Assembly: GCA_963727865.1 (NCBI GenBank)
Contig: CAVSHY010000017.1
Location: forward strand, 109 to 64,108
Reading direction: 5' to 3'
Length of the DNA stretch: 64,000 nucleotides
DNA from: an uncultured delta proteobacterium
Lineage (GTDB): Bacteria; Desulfobacterota; GWC2-55-46
The notes under the pieces are model-generated. The model saw nothing but the letters and a program-made list of their open reading frames with translations. It was not told the origin of the DNA and did no database searches. Position numbers and translations under genes: made by a program. Position 1 is the stretch's first letter, and every line of letters begins with the position of its first letter. Below, in pieces: positions 47,199-57,218 of this stretch.

Positions 47199-48173
47199 TT
47201 ATTTCTCATCGGTAAACGCCTCGGTAATAGGCAGCGCCTTAAGGCTTCCATTCTTGAAATCGCCCCACTTAGCCTTATAAAAAGCTATCAGGTCCTTTAT
47301 ACCCTGAGGTTCGTTGCCGTTCCCGTGAACAAGGATTATGCTGCCGTTATGAGGGGCCTCGCCCTTCGCGAGCCACGCGTTGGCTCCTATGGGTATAAGC
47401 GTAAGGGCCTTTAGCCTCGACATCAGCCCCTTGTCGGAGACGAGGCCCGGAAAACGGAAAAAGGGCGACGGGGTTATACCGTTTTCAAGCATGACGACTT
47501 CATTATCAAGGACTTCTTTTTCAAAATCAACCCCAGGGGCAAGAAGAAAATTTTTCTCTATAGGCTTTTCTTTATCGTACGGATGGGAATAAGTATGGTT
47601 TATCCAGGTGATGTTGAGTTTGCCTGATTTCTCAAGGTCCCTGATCCAGTTAAACTCCTCCCTGTGCCTTTCTATCCACAGCCCGCTTACGGCTAACGCG
47701 ATATTCGCGGGCTCCTTGAGACCCGGTAAATCCATCGTGGATGTAAAGAGGTCTTTATCAAAAGGTCTTCTCGAAGGGCACATGTCAGCGGTCAGGAAAA
47801 CGCCTTTATAAGAACCCTCCCCTTCCCTTATGCCCTCGTTCTGAAGCCCTCCTCCGGCCGTATACCTCGTGATGGCCTTTATGAAAGGGGTCTTCTCCCA
47901 TGCCTTCTTCGGGGCTTTTTTTGCCGTATCAACGAGCCCGTTAACTACGCGGGTCTTAAACGTATAGGGGTCGACGACAAGGGATTGGGGCTTAGAGCCG
48001 CGGTAAAACTCCCGTACCGCTATCTCGATCCTCCCGCCTTCGCCGTAAAAAGGCCTGAAGACGATCTTATAATTTAAGATTTTTTCCGACGCGAGGAGAC
48101 GGGGACTGAAAATAAACACGGATAATATGATTACGGAGAATATTATCCGTGTTTTAAAATTGAAAGAGTTCAT
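47199..48173 (-). CDS. Secreted polysaccharide-deacetylase-like protein
   Basis: Signal peptide. Contains VFLTADMCPS and NITWINHTYSHP, reminiscent of NodB-type/divergent polysaccharide deacetylases. The assignment is tentative. Confidence 0.5.
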   Translation of the reverse strand: MNSFNFKTRIIFSVIILSVFIFSPRLLASEKILNYKIVFRPFYGEGGRIEIAVREFYRGSKPQSLVVDPYTFKTRVVNGLVDTAKKAPKKAWEKTPFIKAITRYTAGGGLQNEGIREGEGSYKGVFLTADMCPSRRPFDKDLFTSTMDLPGLKEPANIALAVSGLWIERHREEFNWIRDLEKSGKLNITWINHTYSHPYDKEKPIEKNFLLAPGVDFEKEVLDNEVVMLENGITPSPFFRFPGLVSDKGLMSRLKALTLIPIGANAWLAKGEAPHNGSIILVHGNGNEPQGIKDLIAFYKAKWGDFKNGSLKALPITEAFTDEK

Positions 48174-48277
48174 CTTCTTAAAGCCTGTGTAAACCGCCGC
48201 TTAAAATTCGCGGGGAGCAGCCTATTTAAAAAGGGGTCTATTCCTGTCAAGACCCTTTACGAAAAAGGCCCCTTAAG

Positions 48278-50167
48278 CTACTGTTCCTTTTCGATCTCTA
48301 TGAGGGTCTCGTCAGGGTTTACTGGATCGCCGATCCTGACGAGTATCTTTTTTACAACGCCGCTTATGGGCGTGTGCACCTCGTTTTCCATCTTCATGGC
48401 CTCGACCGTAAGGACCGTGTCGCCTTCCGAGACCCTGTCCCCCGCCGACACCTTGATGGAGGTAACCTTCCCGGGGATAGGCGTTGTCACGTCTCCTTCC
48501 TTTTTTGCCTTGGGCCTCACGGACTGAGTAATGGAAGGCCTTTCTATCTCGCCGGCGGTTGAGGGGATGACCTCCGTAAGGGATTCTATCATGACCTCTT
48601 CAAGGCGGTTATCGACCGTTATGAAGAACGGCCTCTTGCCCTCCACCTTATGTCCAACACCCGCCACCTTTACCCTGTAAGATTCCCCGTGCACGGTTAC
48701 GATGAACTCGCTCGGCGCGAGGTGCGGCACCACTGGCGCGGCCTTTGACTCCGCGTCTTTCACCTCTTCCAGGGGCTCCGGTTCGAGTTTCCCGGCCTCC
48801 CTCTGCTCAAAGAATTCCAGCGCCACCACGGGGAAAAGCGCGTATGTAAGGATATCTTCTATAGTCTTTGCCTTGCCGTCCGTCTCCCTCATTAATCTGT
48901 CGAGTTCGGGTTCAAGCAGATCCGCCGGGCGGCAGGTTATGGGTTTTTCATCGCCTATCGCCTTTTTCCTCGCCTCCTCGTCGACCTCGCCGGGGGGCCT
49001 GCCGTAAAGCCCTTTAAAGTAGTTCCGCGTCTCGCTTGTTATGACCTTGTACCTCTCGCCCATAAGGACATTCAAGGTGGCCTGCGTGCCTACGACCTGG
49101 CTTGTGGGGGTAACAAGCGGAGGGTATCCCATGTCTTTCCTTACCCTCGGGATCTCCTCGAAGACGTCGTTCATCTTGTCGATGGCGTTCTGCTCCTTTA
49201 ACTGGTGGGCGAGGTTGGAGATCATGCCCCCGGGTATCTGGACTACTAAAGTCTTCGTGTTTATCGCCGTGTATTCGCTTTCAAACCTCTTGTATTTCTT
49301 CCTTATCTCCCTGAAGTAATCGGCTATGTCGGAAAGAAGAGCGAGGTCGAGCCCCGTGTCATACGGCGTTCCGCGGAGCGCCGCCACGATGCTTTCCGTA
49401 GGGGGCTGCGAGGTGCCAGAGGCGAAGCTCGATATGGCCGTATCGACGATATCCGCTCCCGCCTCTATCGCCTTAAGATAGCTCATCGACGCAAGCCCGG
49501 ATGAGTCGTGCGAGTGGATATGTATCGGAAGCGACAGCTTCTCCCTGAGTTTTGAGACAAGGTCGAAGGCCGCCCACGGCGTAAGAAGACCCGCCATGTC
49601 CTTCACGCATATGGTATCGGCTCCCATCTCCGCGAGCCTGAGGGCCGTTTCAACAAAGCCCTCGTTCGTGTGAACGGGACTTGTGGTATAGCATATGGCG
49701 GCCTCTACAATCGCCTTCGCCTCTTTCGCCGCTTTTATAGCGACCTCAAGGTTTCTGATGTCATTGAGGGCGTCGAAAATTCTAAATATATCTATCCCGT
49801 TTTTGGCCGCCCTCTCGACGAATTTTCTTACGACGTCATCGGAGTAGTGCCTGTAGCCTACGAGGTTTTGCCCCCGCAGCAGCATCTGAAGCCTGGTATT
49901 CGGAAGGGCCTTTCTGAGGAGCCTCAACCTCTCCCACGGGTCTTCCTTGAGGAACCTCAGGCAGGCGTCGAATGTGGCGCCCCCCCAGACCTCAAGGCTC
50001 CAGTAACCGACCTTGTCGAGAAGGGGGGTTATCTCCATCATGTCGCCGGTCCTCATACGGGTGGCAAGCAGTGACTGGTGCGAATCCCTGAGGATGGTAT
50101 CCATTATCCGGGTCTTATGGTCTTTTCTGACGTTCGTCCTGGGTTTAGCCTTATTTTTATTGGGCAT
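48278..50167 (-). CDS. Biotin-dependent carboxylase, carboxyltransferase (5S) + biotinyl carrier subunit (pyruvate carboxylase subunit B / oxaloacetate decarboxylase alpha / 2-oxoglutarate carboxylase type)
   Basis: N-terminal HMGL-like TIM barrel (ILRDSHQSLLATRMR, HIHSHDSSG) and a C-terminal biotinyl domain with EAMKMENE. Confidence 0.88.
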   Translation of the reverse strand: MPNKNKAKPRTNVRKDHKTRIMDTILRDSHQSLLATRMRTGDMMEITPLLDKVGYWSLEVWGGATFDACLRFLKEDPWERLRLLRKALPNTRLQMLLRGQNLVGYRHYSDDVVRKFVERAAKNGIDIFRIFDALNDIRNLEVAIKAAKEAKAIVEAAICYTTSPVHTNEGFVETALRLAEMGADTICVKDMAGLLTPWAAFDLVSKLREKLSLPIHIHSHDSSGLASMSYLKAIEAGADIVDTAISSFASGTSQPPTESIVAALRGTPYDTGLDLALLSDIADYFREIRKKYKRFESEYTAINTKTLVVQIPGGMISNLAHQLKEQNAIDKMNDVFEEIPRVRKDMGYPPLVTPTSQVVGTQATLNVLMGERYKVITSETRNYFKGLYGRPPGEVDEEARKKAIGDEKPITCRPADLLEPELDRLMRETDGKAKTIEDILTYALFPVVALEFFEQREAGKLEPEPLEEVKDAESKAAPVVPHLAPSEFIVTVHGESYRVKVAGVGHKVEGKRPFFITVDNRLEEVMIESLTEVIPSTAGEIERPSITQSVRPKAKKEGDVTTPIPGKVTSIKVSAGDRVSEGDTVLTVEAMKMENEVHTPISGVVKKILVRIGDPVNPDETLIEIEKEQ

Positions 50168-50212
50168 TATTTAAATGGTCTCCCTAAAATATGGATTCTT
50201 GCCGAATTCAAA

Positions 50213-51631
50213 TCACAGGCCATGGTGCGCCGCTATGGCCGCCGAGATCGCCGCCACGAGATCCGTAGGCTCCGCGTACTCATGATAATTCATAAGTTCG
50301 GGTTTTCTGTCGATATAGCCGGTATCGAAGTTGCCCTTCTTGAAATCCGGGTCTTTCATTATGTTTTTAAGGAAGGGTATGGTTGTCTTTACCCCCCTTA
50401 CGACGAACTCATCAAGGCACCTGTGCATCCTGCTTACGGTCTCCTCCCAGGTTGAACCCTTTACGATGAGTTTTACCACAAGGGAATCGTAATAACTCGG
50501 TATTATGAAATCCTTGTATATCGCGCCGTCTATCCTGACCCCTATGCCGCCCGGCGAGTAATAGGCCGTAACCCTTCCGAAACTCGGGGAAAAGTTATTC
50601 TTGGGGTCCTCGGCGCAGATCCGGCATTCCATGGCATAGCCGTTTATCCTCACGTCTTCCTGCCTGAAGCCGAGGGGTTTGCCCGCGGCTATCTCGATCT
50701 GCTTTTTTACGAGGTCTATGCCCGTAGCCTCTTCGGTTACGGGGTGTTCGACCTGTATCCTGGTATTCATCTCGATGAAGTGGAAGTTTTTATTTTCATC
50801 GACAAGGAACTCAACGGTGCCGGCGTTGGTGTAGTCCGCCGCGCGAGCGGCTTTTATAGCCGTCTCCCCCATCCTCCTTCTTAAATCCTCGTCGAGTATC
50901 AGGGAGGGGGTTATTTCAATAAGCTTCTGATGCCTGCGCTGTATCGAGCAATCCCTTTCGCCCAGATGTACCATGTTGCCGAACTTATCGGCCAGTATCT
51001 GGAACTCGATATGGTGGGGTCTTTCAAGGTATTTTTCCAGAAATACCTCGGAGAGCCCGAAGGCCGCCTGAGATTCTTTTTTAGCCGTAGTCAGCGAATT
51101 TACAAGTTCGTTACGGTCCCTGGCGACCCTTAAACCTCTTCCGCCGCCTCCGCCCGAGGCCTTTATCATAACGGGGTAGCCTATCTCTTCAGCGGACTTT
51201 ATCGCCTCGTCGACGTCTTTTACCGAGTTTTCGGTGCCGGGGAGTATCGGCACCCCCGCGGCCTTCATCATGCGCCTGGCCATGACCTTATCCCCCATCT
51301 CGGAGATCGTCTTACTCGTGGGCCCTATGAAGGTTATGCCTTTTTTCTCGCAGAGAAGCGGAAACCTCGGGTTTTCAGACAAAAACCCGTAGCCCGGATG
51401 TATGGCATCAACCCCTATTTTCATGGCGAGGTCCACTATACGATGGATGTTCAAATACCCCTGTATAGGCCCCGGCCCTACCATATATGACTCATCGGCC
51501 TTCTTCACGTAGAGAGAAGTCGCGTCCACTTCCGAATATATCGCCGCGGTCGGGATGTCTAACTCCTTACAGGCCCTGATTATCCTCGTCGCTATCTCGC
51601 CCCTGTTTGCTATAAGTACTTTTTTAAACAT
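50213..51631 (-). CDS. Biotin carboxylase subunit (pyruvate carboxylase subunit A / AccC type)
   Basis: MFKKVLIANRGEIATRIIRACKE, an ATP-grasp domain (MIKASGGGGGRGLRV), and NTRIQVEHPVTE. Confidence 0.92.
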   Translation of the reverse strand: MFKKVLIANRGEIATRIIRACKELDIPTAAIYSEVDATSLYVKKADESYMVGPGPIQGYLNIHRIVDLAMKIGVDAIHPGYGFLSENPRFPLLCEKKGITFIGPTSKTISEMGDKVMARRMMKAAGVPILPGTENSVKDVDEAIKSAEEIGYPVMIKASGGGGGRGLRVARDRNELVNSLTTAKKESQAAFGLSEVFLEKYLERPHHIEFQILADKFGNMVHLGERDCSIQRRHQKLIEITPSLILDEDLRRRMGETAIKAARAADYTNAGTVEFLVDENKNFHFIEMNTRIQVEHPVTEEATGIDLVKKQIEIAAGKPLGFRQEDVRINGYAMECRICAEDPKNNFSPSFGRVTAYYSPGGIGVRIDGAIYKDFIIPSYYDSLVVKLIVKGSTWEETVSRMHRCLDEFVVRGVKTTIPFLKNIMKDPDFKKGNFDTGYIDRKPELMNYHEYAEPTDLVAAISAAIAAHHGL

Positions 51632-51851
51632 GGCCTCTTAATATAAATAAAGTTTTTATGAAGCTAAAAAGAAATTATCGCCGCAAGCCTGATAGGCTCC
51701 CCAGCCCCCTCCGCCCCCTTCATTTTCTTATGGCAAACAATTATTTAGCCAATAATGATGAAATATGTCAAGGAAATAAGAGAACAAAACTTTCAGGAAA
51801 ACTTAAGGAATGGCGCAAAACGCCCCTTTTACCCTTCCCCCGCCCGGCCCC

Positions 51852-53255
51852 CTAACCGACCGCCGCCCCTTTCATGTAGAGAAGAGCGGCTTTAAGCCTC
51901 GCTATGGTCATGCTCTTACCCATAGCTTGTATCATCTCAAATATGCCCGGGCTTACGGTCCCGCCGGTAAGAGCCACCCTTACGGGCTGGGCGAGTTTCC
52001 CGAGCTTCAGCCCTTTCTCATCGAGTATCGAATTAAACACCCTTTCAACGCCGGCCTCGGTAAAATCGTCAATAGCGGCAAGCCTTTCGACAAGGAGGCT
52101 GAAGAGTTCCTCATTGGAAGAGGTAAGGAACTTCTCCGCGGCCTTGGGGTCATAATCTATCTTTTCCTTAAAATAAAATAAAGATCCCTCGGCCATCTCC
52201 TTAAGCGTTTTTGCCCTCTCTTTAAGCGTAGTTATGATCACGGGGAGCCGTTCGTCCCCTTCCACTTTTACTCCAAGCTCCTCTAAAAAGGGGATAAGAA
52301 GCCTGCCCAGCCCGGCAGGGTCCGATCCGCTTATATAATTCTGGTTCAGCCACAGGAGTTTTTCCGGGTTAAAAACACCGGAGGATTTTCCGACGCTTTC
52401 CAGGGTGAATTTTTCAATCAATTCGTCGAGCGAGAATATTTCCTGATCCCCGTGCGACCAGCCGAGACGAGCCAGGTAATTAACGAGCGCGTGCGGTAGT
52501 ATCCCCATCTCCTTATACGCCATTACCGAGGTCGCCCCGTGACGCTTGCTGAGCCTTGTCTTATCGGCCCCGAGGATCATCGGGAGGTGGGCGAATATTG
52601 GCAGCTCATACCCGAGAGCCTTATAGATAAGTATCTGCTTCGGGGTATTATTTATATGGTCATCCCCTCTGATAACGTGCGTTATCCCCATTGTGGCGTC
52701 ATCCACAACGACACAGAAGTTGTACGTTGGCGTTCCGTCGCTTCTAAGAAGAACCAGATCCTCTATGGCGGAGTTGTCAAAGCTTATAGCGCCCTTTATG
52801 ACATCTTTAACCACGGTTACCCCCGGCCCCACCTTAAACCTCAGGGCAGAGGGGAGGTCAGGGGAATCGGTCCTTGTCCTGCACCTTCCGTCATATTTAG
52901 GCGGCCTGCCCTCTTTAAGAGCGGCCTCCCGCCTCGCCTCAAGCTCTGCGGGCGTACAGTAACACCGGTAAGCGAACCCCTCTTTAAGCAGCTTATGCGC
53001 GTAGCTCCTGTAAGTATCGAACATCTGGCTCTGGAAGAACGGGCCTTCGTCCCAGTTAAGCCCGAGCCAGGTCATGCCGTCAATTATCGCCTGAATCGAT
53101 TCCTTTGTAGACCTCGCCACATCGGTATCCTCAATCCGCAGAATAAATTTGCCTTTATTGTGTCTGGCAAAAAGCCAGTTAAAGAGCGCGGTCCTTGCCC
53201 CTCCTATGTGAAGATAACCCGTTGGACTCGGCGCGAAACGTGTGCGGGCTGTCAA
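51852..53255 (-). CDS. gltX: Glutamate--tRNA ligase
   Basis: HIGH motif ([14 protein letters not shown]) and KMSKS-type motif (RLSKRHG). 467 aa. Confidence 0.95.
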   Translation of the reverse strand: MTARTRFAPSPTGYLHIGGARTALFNWLFARHNKGKFILRIEDTDVARSTKESIQAIIDGMTWLGLNWDEGPFFQSQMFDTYRSYAHKLLKEGFAYRCYCTPAELEARREAALKEGRPPKYDGRCRTRTDSPDLPSALRFKVGPGVTVVKDVIKGAISFDNSAIEDLVLLRSDGTPTYNFCVVVDDATMGITHVIRGDDHINNTPKQILIYKALGYELPIFAHLPMILGADKTRLSKRHGATSVMAYKEMGILPHALVNYLARLGWSHGDQEIFSLDELIEKFTLESVGKSSGVFNPEKLLWLNQNYISGSDPAGLGRLLIPFLEELGVKVEGDERLPVIITTLKERAKTLKEMAEGSLFYFKEKIDYDPKAAEKFLTSSNEELFSLLVERLAAIDDFTEAGVERVFNSILDEKGLKLGKLAQPVRVALTGGTVSPGIFEMIQAMGKSMTIARLKAALLYMKGAAVG

Positions 53256-53320
53256 ATCTGAAGCCCTCCTTTTTTTATTTTCCTGATCTGTGTTATCCGG
53301 TTATGCCGCGGTTTGAGGCG

Positions 53321-54145
53321 TCATTTAATGAGTACCCCGGCGTACCCTACGACCTGATCATAATCTCCGCTCACTTCCCCGGATGTGGCGTATTTGACGA
53401 GCCGGGCTTCCTTTGCCCCTAAGATCCTGGCGGCTATTATCGAAATAGCCGCCGGTATTACGCCGCACATGGTTATGTCCTTTGAGGACGTTACCTCGAG
53501 AAGCCCCCTGGCGTCGAGAGATAGTGCCCTGTCTATCGCCAGCCTGTCTTTTCCCCTGGTAACGCTCTCTGATTCGTAATGGTTCATGTCAGAGCTTGCG
53601 ACGATCATGACGTCTTTACCGTAATCGGATATCGCCTTCGCCATCCCTGCGCCCATCTCGGCGCATTCCTTAAAATTCGCGTGCATAACGGTTATCGGAA
53701 CGATGGAAGAGTTTTTATTACGGCAATAGATAAAGGGAAGCTGAACTTCAAGGGAATGCTCCATAAGGTGCGCCGCTGAATCGTCCGAAAAAAGCCGGCT
53801 TGATTTAAGCACCGATTCCGCGAGCTCACTGTTTATGGTAAAATTCCCGAGCGGGATCTTCCATTGGCCCGCGGTCATTATCGAGGCTTTTTTGCCGAGG
53901 CCCGTATGATTCGGGCCTATCAGTATAACGGTATCCGGTATTATTACAGAGGAATAAACAGAGCCCGCGACCTCCCCTGAATAGATGTACCCGGCATGGG
54001 GAGCTATTATAGCGGACGCTTTTTCCTCTATACCCCCGCCCCCCCGCCCCCCCCCGGCCAAAAATTTTCTTACGGTCCTTGTAAGAACCGCCGGGTCAGC
54101 GGGATAGAATTGGCCCGCGACGCTCGCTTTCCTGATCATTTCCAT
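53321..54145 (-). CDS. amrB: AmmeMemoRadiSam system protein B (Memo-like)
   Basis: ASVAGQFYPADP and IIAPHAGYIYSG motifs. The start is ATG 54145 or 54139. It contains a Gly-rich insertion, LAGGGRGGGGIE. Confidence 0.8.
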   Translation of the reverse strand: MEMIRKASVAGQFYPADPAVLTRTVRKFLAGGGRGGGGIEEKASAIIAPHAGYIYSGEVAGSVYSSVIIPDTVILIGPNHTGLGKKASIMTAGQWKIPLGNFTINSELAESVLKSSRLFSDDSAAHLMEHSLEVQLPFIYCRNKNSSIVPITVMHANFKECAEMGAGMAKAISDYGKDVMIVASSDMNHYESESVTRGKDRLAIDRALSLDARGLLEVTSSKDITMCGVIPAAISIIAARILGAKEARLVKYATSGEVSGDYDQVVGYAGVLIK

Positions 54146-54322
54146 AAACCTTTCAGAGAAAAGGGTTAAGCGGCGAATAAAAATAATCCTATTAAAGGAT
54201 ATTATCAAACGGTGATTATTTTGTAAAGGTCGCGGGAAGTACGCCGATTCTCAAAAAAACATAGATAAATCAAAACCCCGCTGAATTATCAATCAGGGGT
54301 TTTGATTTATCTATACAGGCCG

Positions 54323-54886
54323 CTATGACCACGCCGAAGCCTTCTTTGTCCAAACGTTATCCGGATAACGTTTGGACATCGCTTCCCATGTCCTCGCGAG
54401 ATGGACGGGATCCCCTGTTTCCTTATAGAACGTAACCCCCATGAAGTACCGCGCCTCGGGAGCGACCTCAGCTTCAGGATGGCAGTCTATAATCCATTCA
54501 AAGGCGTTCTCCGCGTCTTTAAACCTTTGCTGGTGAAGTTCCGCGAGCCCTTCTGACAGATGTATCTGGGATAAGAACTCCTCAGGCGGCAGATACCCTA
54601 CCCAGCGCTCAAGCTCAACCCCGTTCCTGTCGGCGATTATAAAAGTGGGCGTCCATTCCACATTAAAGCGCGCCGTCATATCCTGCGCCTCGGTGACGAC
54701 AAAATTAAGCGGGGCAAAATCCCTGCTCAAGAGCTCGATTACGTCAGTATCTTTAAAAGTTATATTCAGAGTTTTCCTGCAGCCGCCGCATTCATGAGCA
54801 TGAAAGAACATGAAAAGGAGCTTATTTGTCCCTTCTATCTCTTTTTTCGCTGCATCAATGCTTTCACTCCATTTGATATCTGACAT
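54323..54886 (-). CDS. Thioredoxin-fold protein with a helical (TPR-like) C-terminal half
   Basis: The N-terminal half is thioredoxin-like with CGGC (FHAHECGGCRK). The C-terminal ~70 aa are helical repeat-like. Confidence 0.6.
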   Translation of the reverse strand: MSDIKWSESIDAAKKEIEGTNKLLFMFFHAHECGGCRKTLNITFKDTDVIELLSRDFAPLNFVVTEAQDMTARFNVEWTPTFIIADRNGVELERWVGYLPPEEFLSQIHLSEGLAELHQQRFKDAENAFEWIIDCHPEAEVAPEARYFMGVTFYKETGDPVHLARTWEAMSKRYPDNVWTKKASAWS

Positions 54887-54902
54887 TTATATACACCTCT
54901 CC

Positions 54903-54922
54903 AGATAATGGAGTCATTATCT
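54903..54922. promoter_or_regulatory. Fur/PerR-box-like palindrome in the leader of the thioredoxin-fold gene
   Basis: AGATAATG-gagt-CATTATCT is a perfect 8-bp inverted repeat. Its arms GATAAT/ATTATC are those of the Fur-family box. It lies 17-36 nt upstream of the ATG at 54886, next to the GGAGAGG RBS. Confidence 0.35.
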
Positions 54923-55105
54923 ATTTAAAGTATGCCATTTTCTGATTGTATGTCAATAAGTTACGCCTTTGAATAACCACTTGTTTTTGCTAAGATTTTT
55001 TGTTTTAAACTAATACATTAAGTATGTTATATTAAATTAGGTCTTATTACTTAAAAAAGCGAAAAGATTCTATTACTTTTTAAACTCCCTTCAGGTGACT
55101 AAAAG

Positions 55106-55771
55106 GTGAAAACTGTCAAAAAAATAGAGGCTGACCTTATCATATTTGACCTCGATGGCACATTAATAGATTCGAGCGAGGATATCGCATGGTCGGCAAA
55201 CATGACCCTTAAGGCCTTCGGATATAAAGAACTTCAGATTGAAGAGATTAAAGGGAGCGTAGGCTGGGGGGTGAAAGCCCTCCTTGAAAAACTTATGCCC
55301 GGTGAACCGCCCGAAAGGATCATGGAAGCAAGGGATAAATTTCTTGATTTCTACGGCGCTCACCTCGTGGTGAAGACATACGTTTATCCAGGAGTCGAGG
55401 AGACCTTGAGGCACTTTAAGGGGATGAAGAAAAAGATGGCGGTTGTAACCAATAAACCCGCGGGGCTTGCCGGGATGATTTTAAAAGACCTTGGTCTGGG
55501 AGGCTTTTTCATCTCTGTCATCGGCGGAGATTCGCTTTTAAACAGAAAACCTCACCCCGAACCGATAGAGAACGTCCTCGGTTTCTCCGGTGTAGCGCCC
55601 GAAAAAGCCGTACTCGTAGGAGACAGCCCCATAGACTGCGAGACAGGGAAAGGGGCCCGTATAGGCACTATCGGGGTTACGTACGGGTTTAGAAGCCGGC
55701 AGGAGCTTGAAGACGCCGGCTGCGATATGTTAATAAATAACTTCTCTGAACTTAAAAATATTCTTGGATAG
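55106..55771 (+). CDS. HAD-IA family hydrolase (phosphoglycolate phosphatase-like)
   Basis: DxD motif IIFDLDGTLIDS, VVTNK, and GDSPIDCETG. GTG start. Confidence 0.75.
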   Translation: MKTVKKIEADLIIFDLDGTLIDSSEDIAWSANMTLKAFGYKELQIEEIKGSVGWGVKALLEKLMPGEPPERIMEARDKFLDFYGAHLVVKTYVYPGVEETLRHFKGMKKKMAVVTNKPAGLAGMILKDLGLGGFFISVIGGDSLLNRKPHPEPIENVLGFSGVAPEKAVLVGDSPIDCETGKGARIGTIGVTYGFRSRQELEDAGCDMLINNFSELKNILG

Positions 55772-55979
55772 TTGTCCGCTGAGCCAATAGAACGCAATTA
55801 AAAATTGCTACCGGACCCATTTCAAAGACTTTTACCTCCCCTAAAGATTCCCTCATCGAAAAGACTGCTATAATTGAGCTGCAGGAGTTGATCCGCGTTT
55901 TAACTTAAAAAAATGACTTCACGCCGTTCAATAATCAAAAATCATAGGAATATGTTTAGTTTTTCTTTTCTCGGGGAAC

Positions 55980-56966
55980 ATGACTGCTCTGGCTCAATTC
56001 TTATTCAGGACAAAGAGGAAATCCCGGCCGGTCCTACGCGAGAATGTTTTTGTAAAGGACGGGTTTTCTCTCGTTGGGGTCGCCGGATCCACGGGGCCAA
56101 AGACGGATATCAAAGCGATGATTAAAGAGGCTGTGGATCTCATAGGAGGCCTTGGTAAGCTCAATATCAGGGGTAAAAAAATACTCGTAAAGCCGAACGT
56201 CGTATCCGGCGAGCCGAATCCGGCGACGACCAACCCGGAGGTCGTCGCGGCGACGGTGAGGCTCCTTTATGAAGAGGGCGCGGAAAAGGTCTATGTCGGC
56301 GATATGTCCGCCTTCGCGACCCTTTCCACAATAAGAAATATGAGGCATAACGGCATAAAAAAAGCCGCGGAAGAGAACGGAGCCGAGGTAATAGTGTTTG
56401 AGGATTACGGGTGGATGGAAGTTGATCTCCCTGAGAACGCCTATGTAAAAAAGGCCTATGTCACGGAATGGCTCTATAACGTGGACCTCATCGTGAACCT
56501 CCCCGTAATAAAGACCCACAGGTCCTCCGCCTACTCGATAACCCTGAAGAACTTTATCGGATGCACCCACCTTAGACAGAGGCCTTATATCATAGACCCG
56601 AAACACTGGGAAGAGGTCGTGGCGGAGTTTAACTCCGCCTATTCGCCGGACATCAATATAGTCGATGGAACCGTATCCATGATATCTGGAGGCCCCTGGG
56701 AGGGAACGCCGGCTGAAACAAACCTTATCATAGCTAGCGCGGACCGTGTCGCGGCCGATGCCGTAGGGCTGGGGATAATAAAGTCATTCGGGCAATGGCA
56801 AATGGTCACCGGAAAGGACGTCTGGGAGCAAAGACAGGTAAAGACCGCCATAGAACGTGGGATCGGCAGAAATAAGGATGGGATAAGGCTCGTCGAAGGC
56901 GATGGGGACGCAAGGTTCAAAGAGCTCATGAAGAATGTCCGTAAAATTACCGGCTTGGAGGCCTGA
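55980..56966 (+). CDS. DUF362 domain-containing protein
   Basis: GKKILVKPNVVSGEPNPATTNPEVVAATVRLLYEEGAEKVYVGD is the typical DUF362 core. The start is uncertain. Confidence 0.65.
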   Translation: MTALAQFLFRTKRKSRPVLRENVFVKDGFSLVGVAGSTGPKTDIKAMIKEAVDLIGGLGKLNIRGKKILVKPNVVSGEPNPATTNPEVVAATVRLLYEEGAEKVYVGDMSAFATLSTIRNMRHNGIKKAAEENGAEVIVFEDYGWMEVDLPENAYVKKAYVTEWLYNVDLIVNLPVIKTHRSSAYSITLKNFIGCTHLRQRPYIIDPKHWEEVVAEFNSAYSPDINIVDGTVSMISGGPWEGTPAETNLIIASADRVAADAVGLGIIKSFGQWQMVTGKDVWEQRQVKTAIERGIGRNKDGIRLVEGDGDARFKELMKNVRKITGLEA

Positions 56967-56971
56967 AGGGC

Positions 56972-57000
56972 TTGACAAAAAAAGATTTACGGAAGATAAT
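56972..57000 (+). promoter_or_regulatory. Near-consensus sigma70 promoter (TTGACA-N17-GATAAT)
   Basis: TTGACA at 56972-56977, a 17-nt spacer, and GATAAT at 56995-57000. AAGGAGAGG and the TTG start at 57036 follow. Confidence 0.5.
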
Positions 57001-57035
57001 GTTTCGCGTTTGGATCCTTCTGTAAGGAGAGGCGC

Positions 57036-57218
57036 TTGGTCGACAAACGATCGTACGAAAGATACCTTGAATGTCCTATGTGTGAAGTGGAAGTGCCCTT
57101 GTCCGGGTACGAAACCGTAGGCGAGCAGGTCTTCTGTCCATACTGCCAGAGCCCGCTTATGCTCAGAAGCAGAAAGAACAAAGAAAAGGAAGAGCTGTAT
57201 CTTGAGGAGGATTTTTAA
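57036..57218 (+). CDS. Small zinc-ribbon protein with an acidic C-terminal tail
   Basis: 60 aa. CPMC...CPYC ribbon and the tail KEKEELYLEEDF. It has its own promoter-like and RBS-like signals. Confidence 0.55.
   Translation: MVDKRSYERYLECPMCEVEVPLSGYETVGEQVFCPYCQSPLMLRSRKNKEKEELYLEEDF

Noticed and set aside
57036-57218. Calling the 60-aa zinc-ribbon protein LysW (amino-group carrier protein).
   Set aside because: LysW-type carriers end in a Glu that is ligated to the substrate, and they sit with lysX/argX-type ligase genes. This protein ends in Phe and no such genes are nearby.
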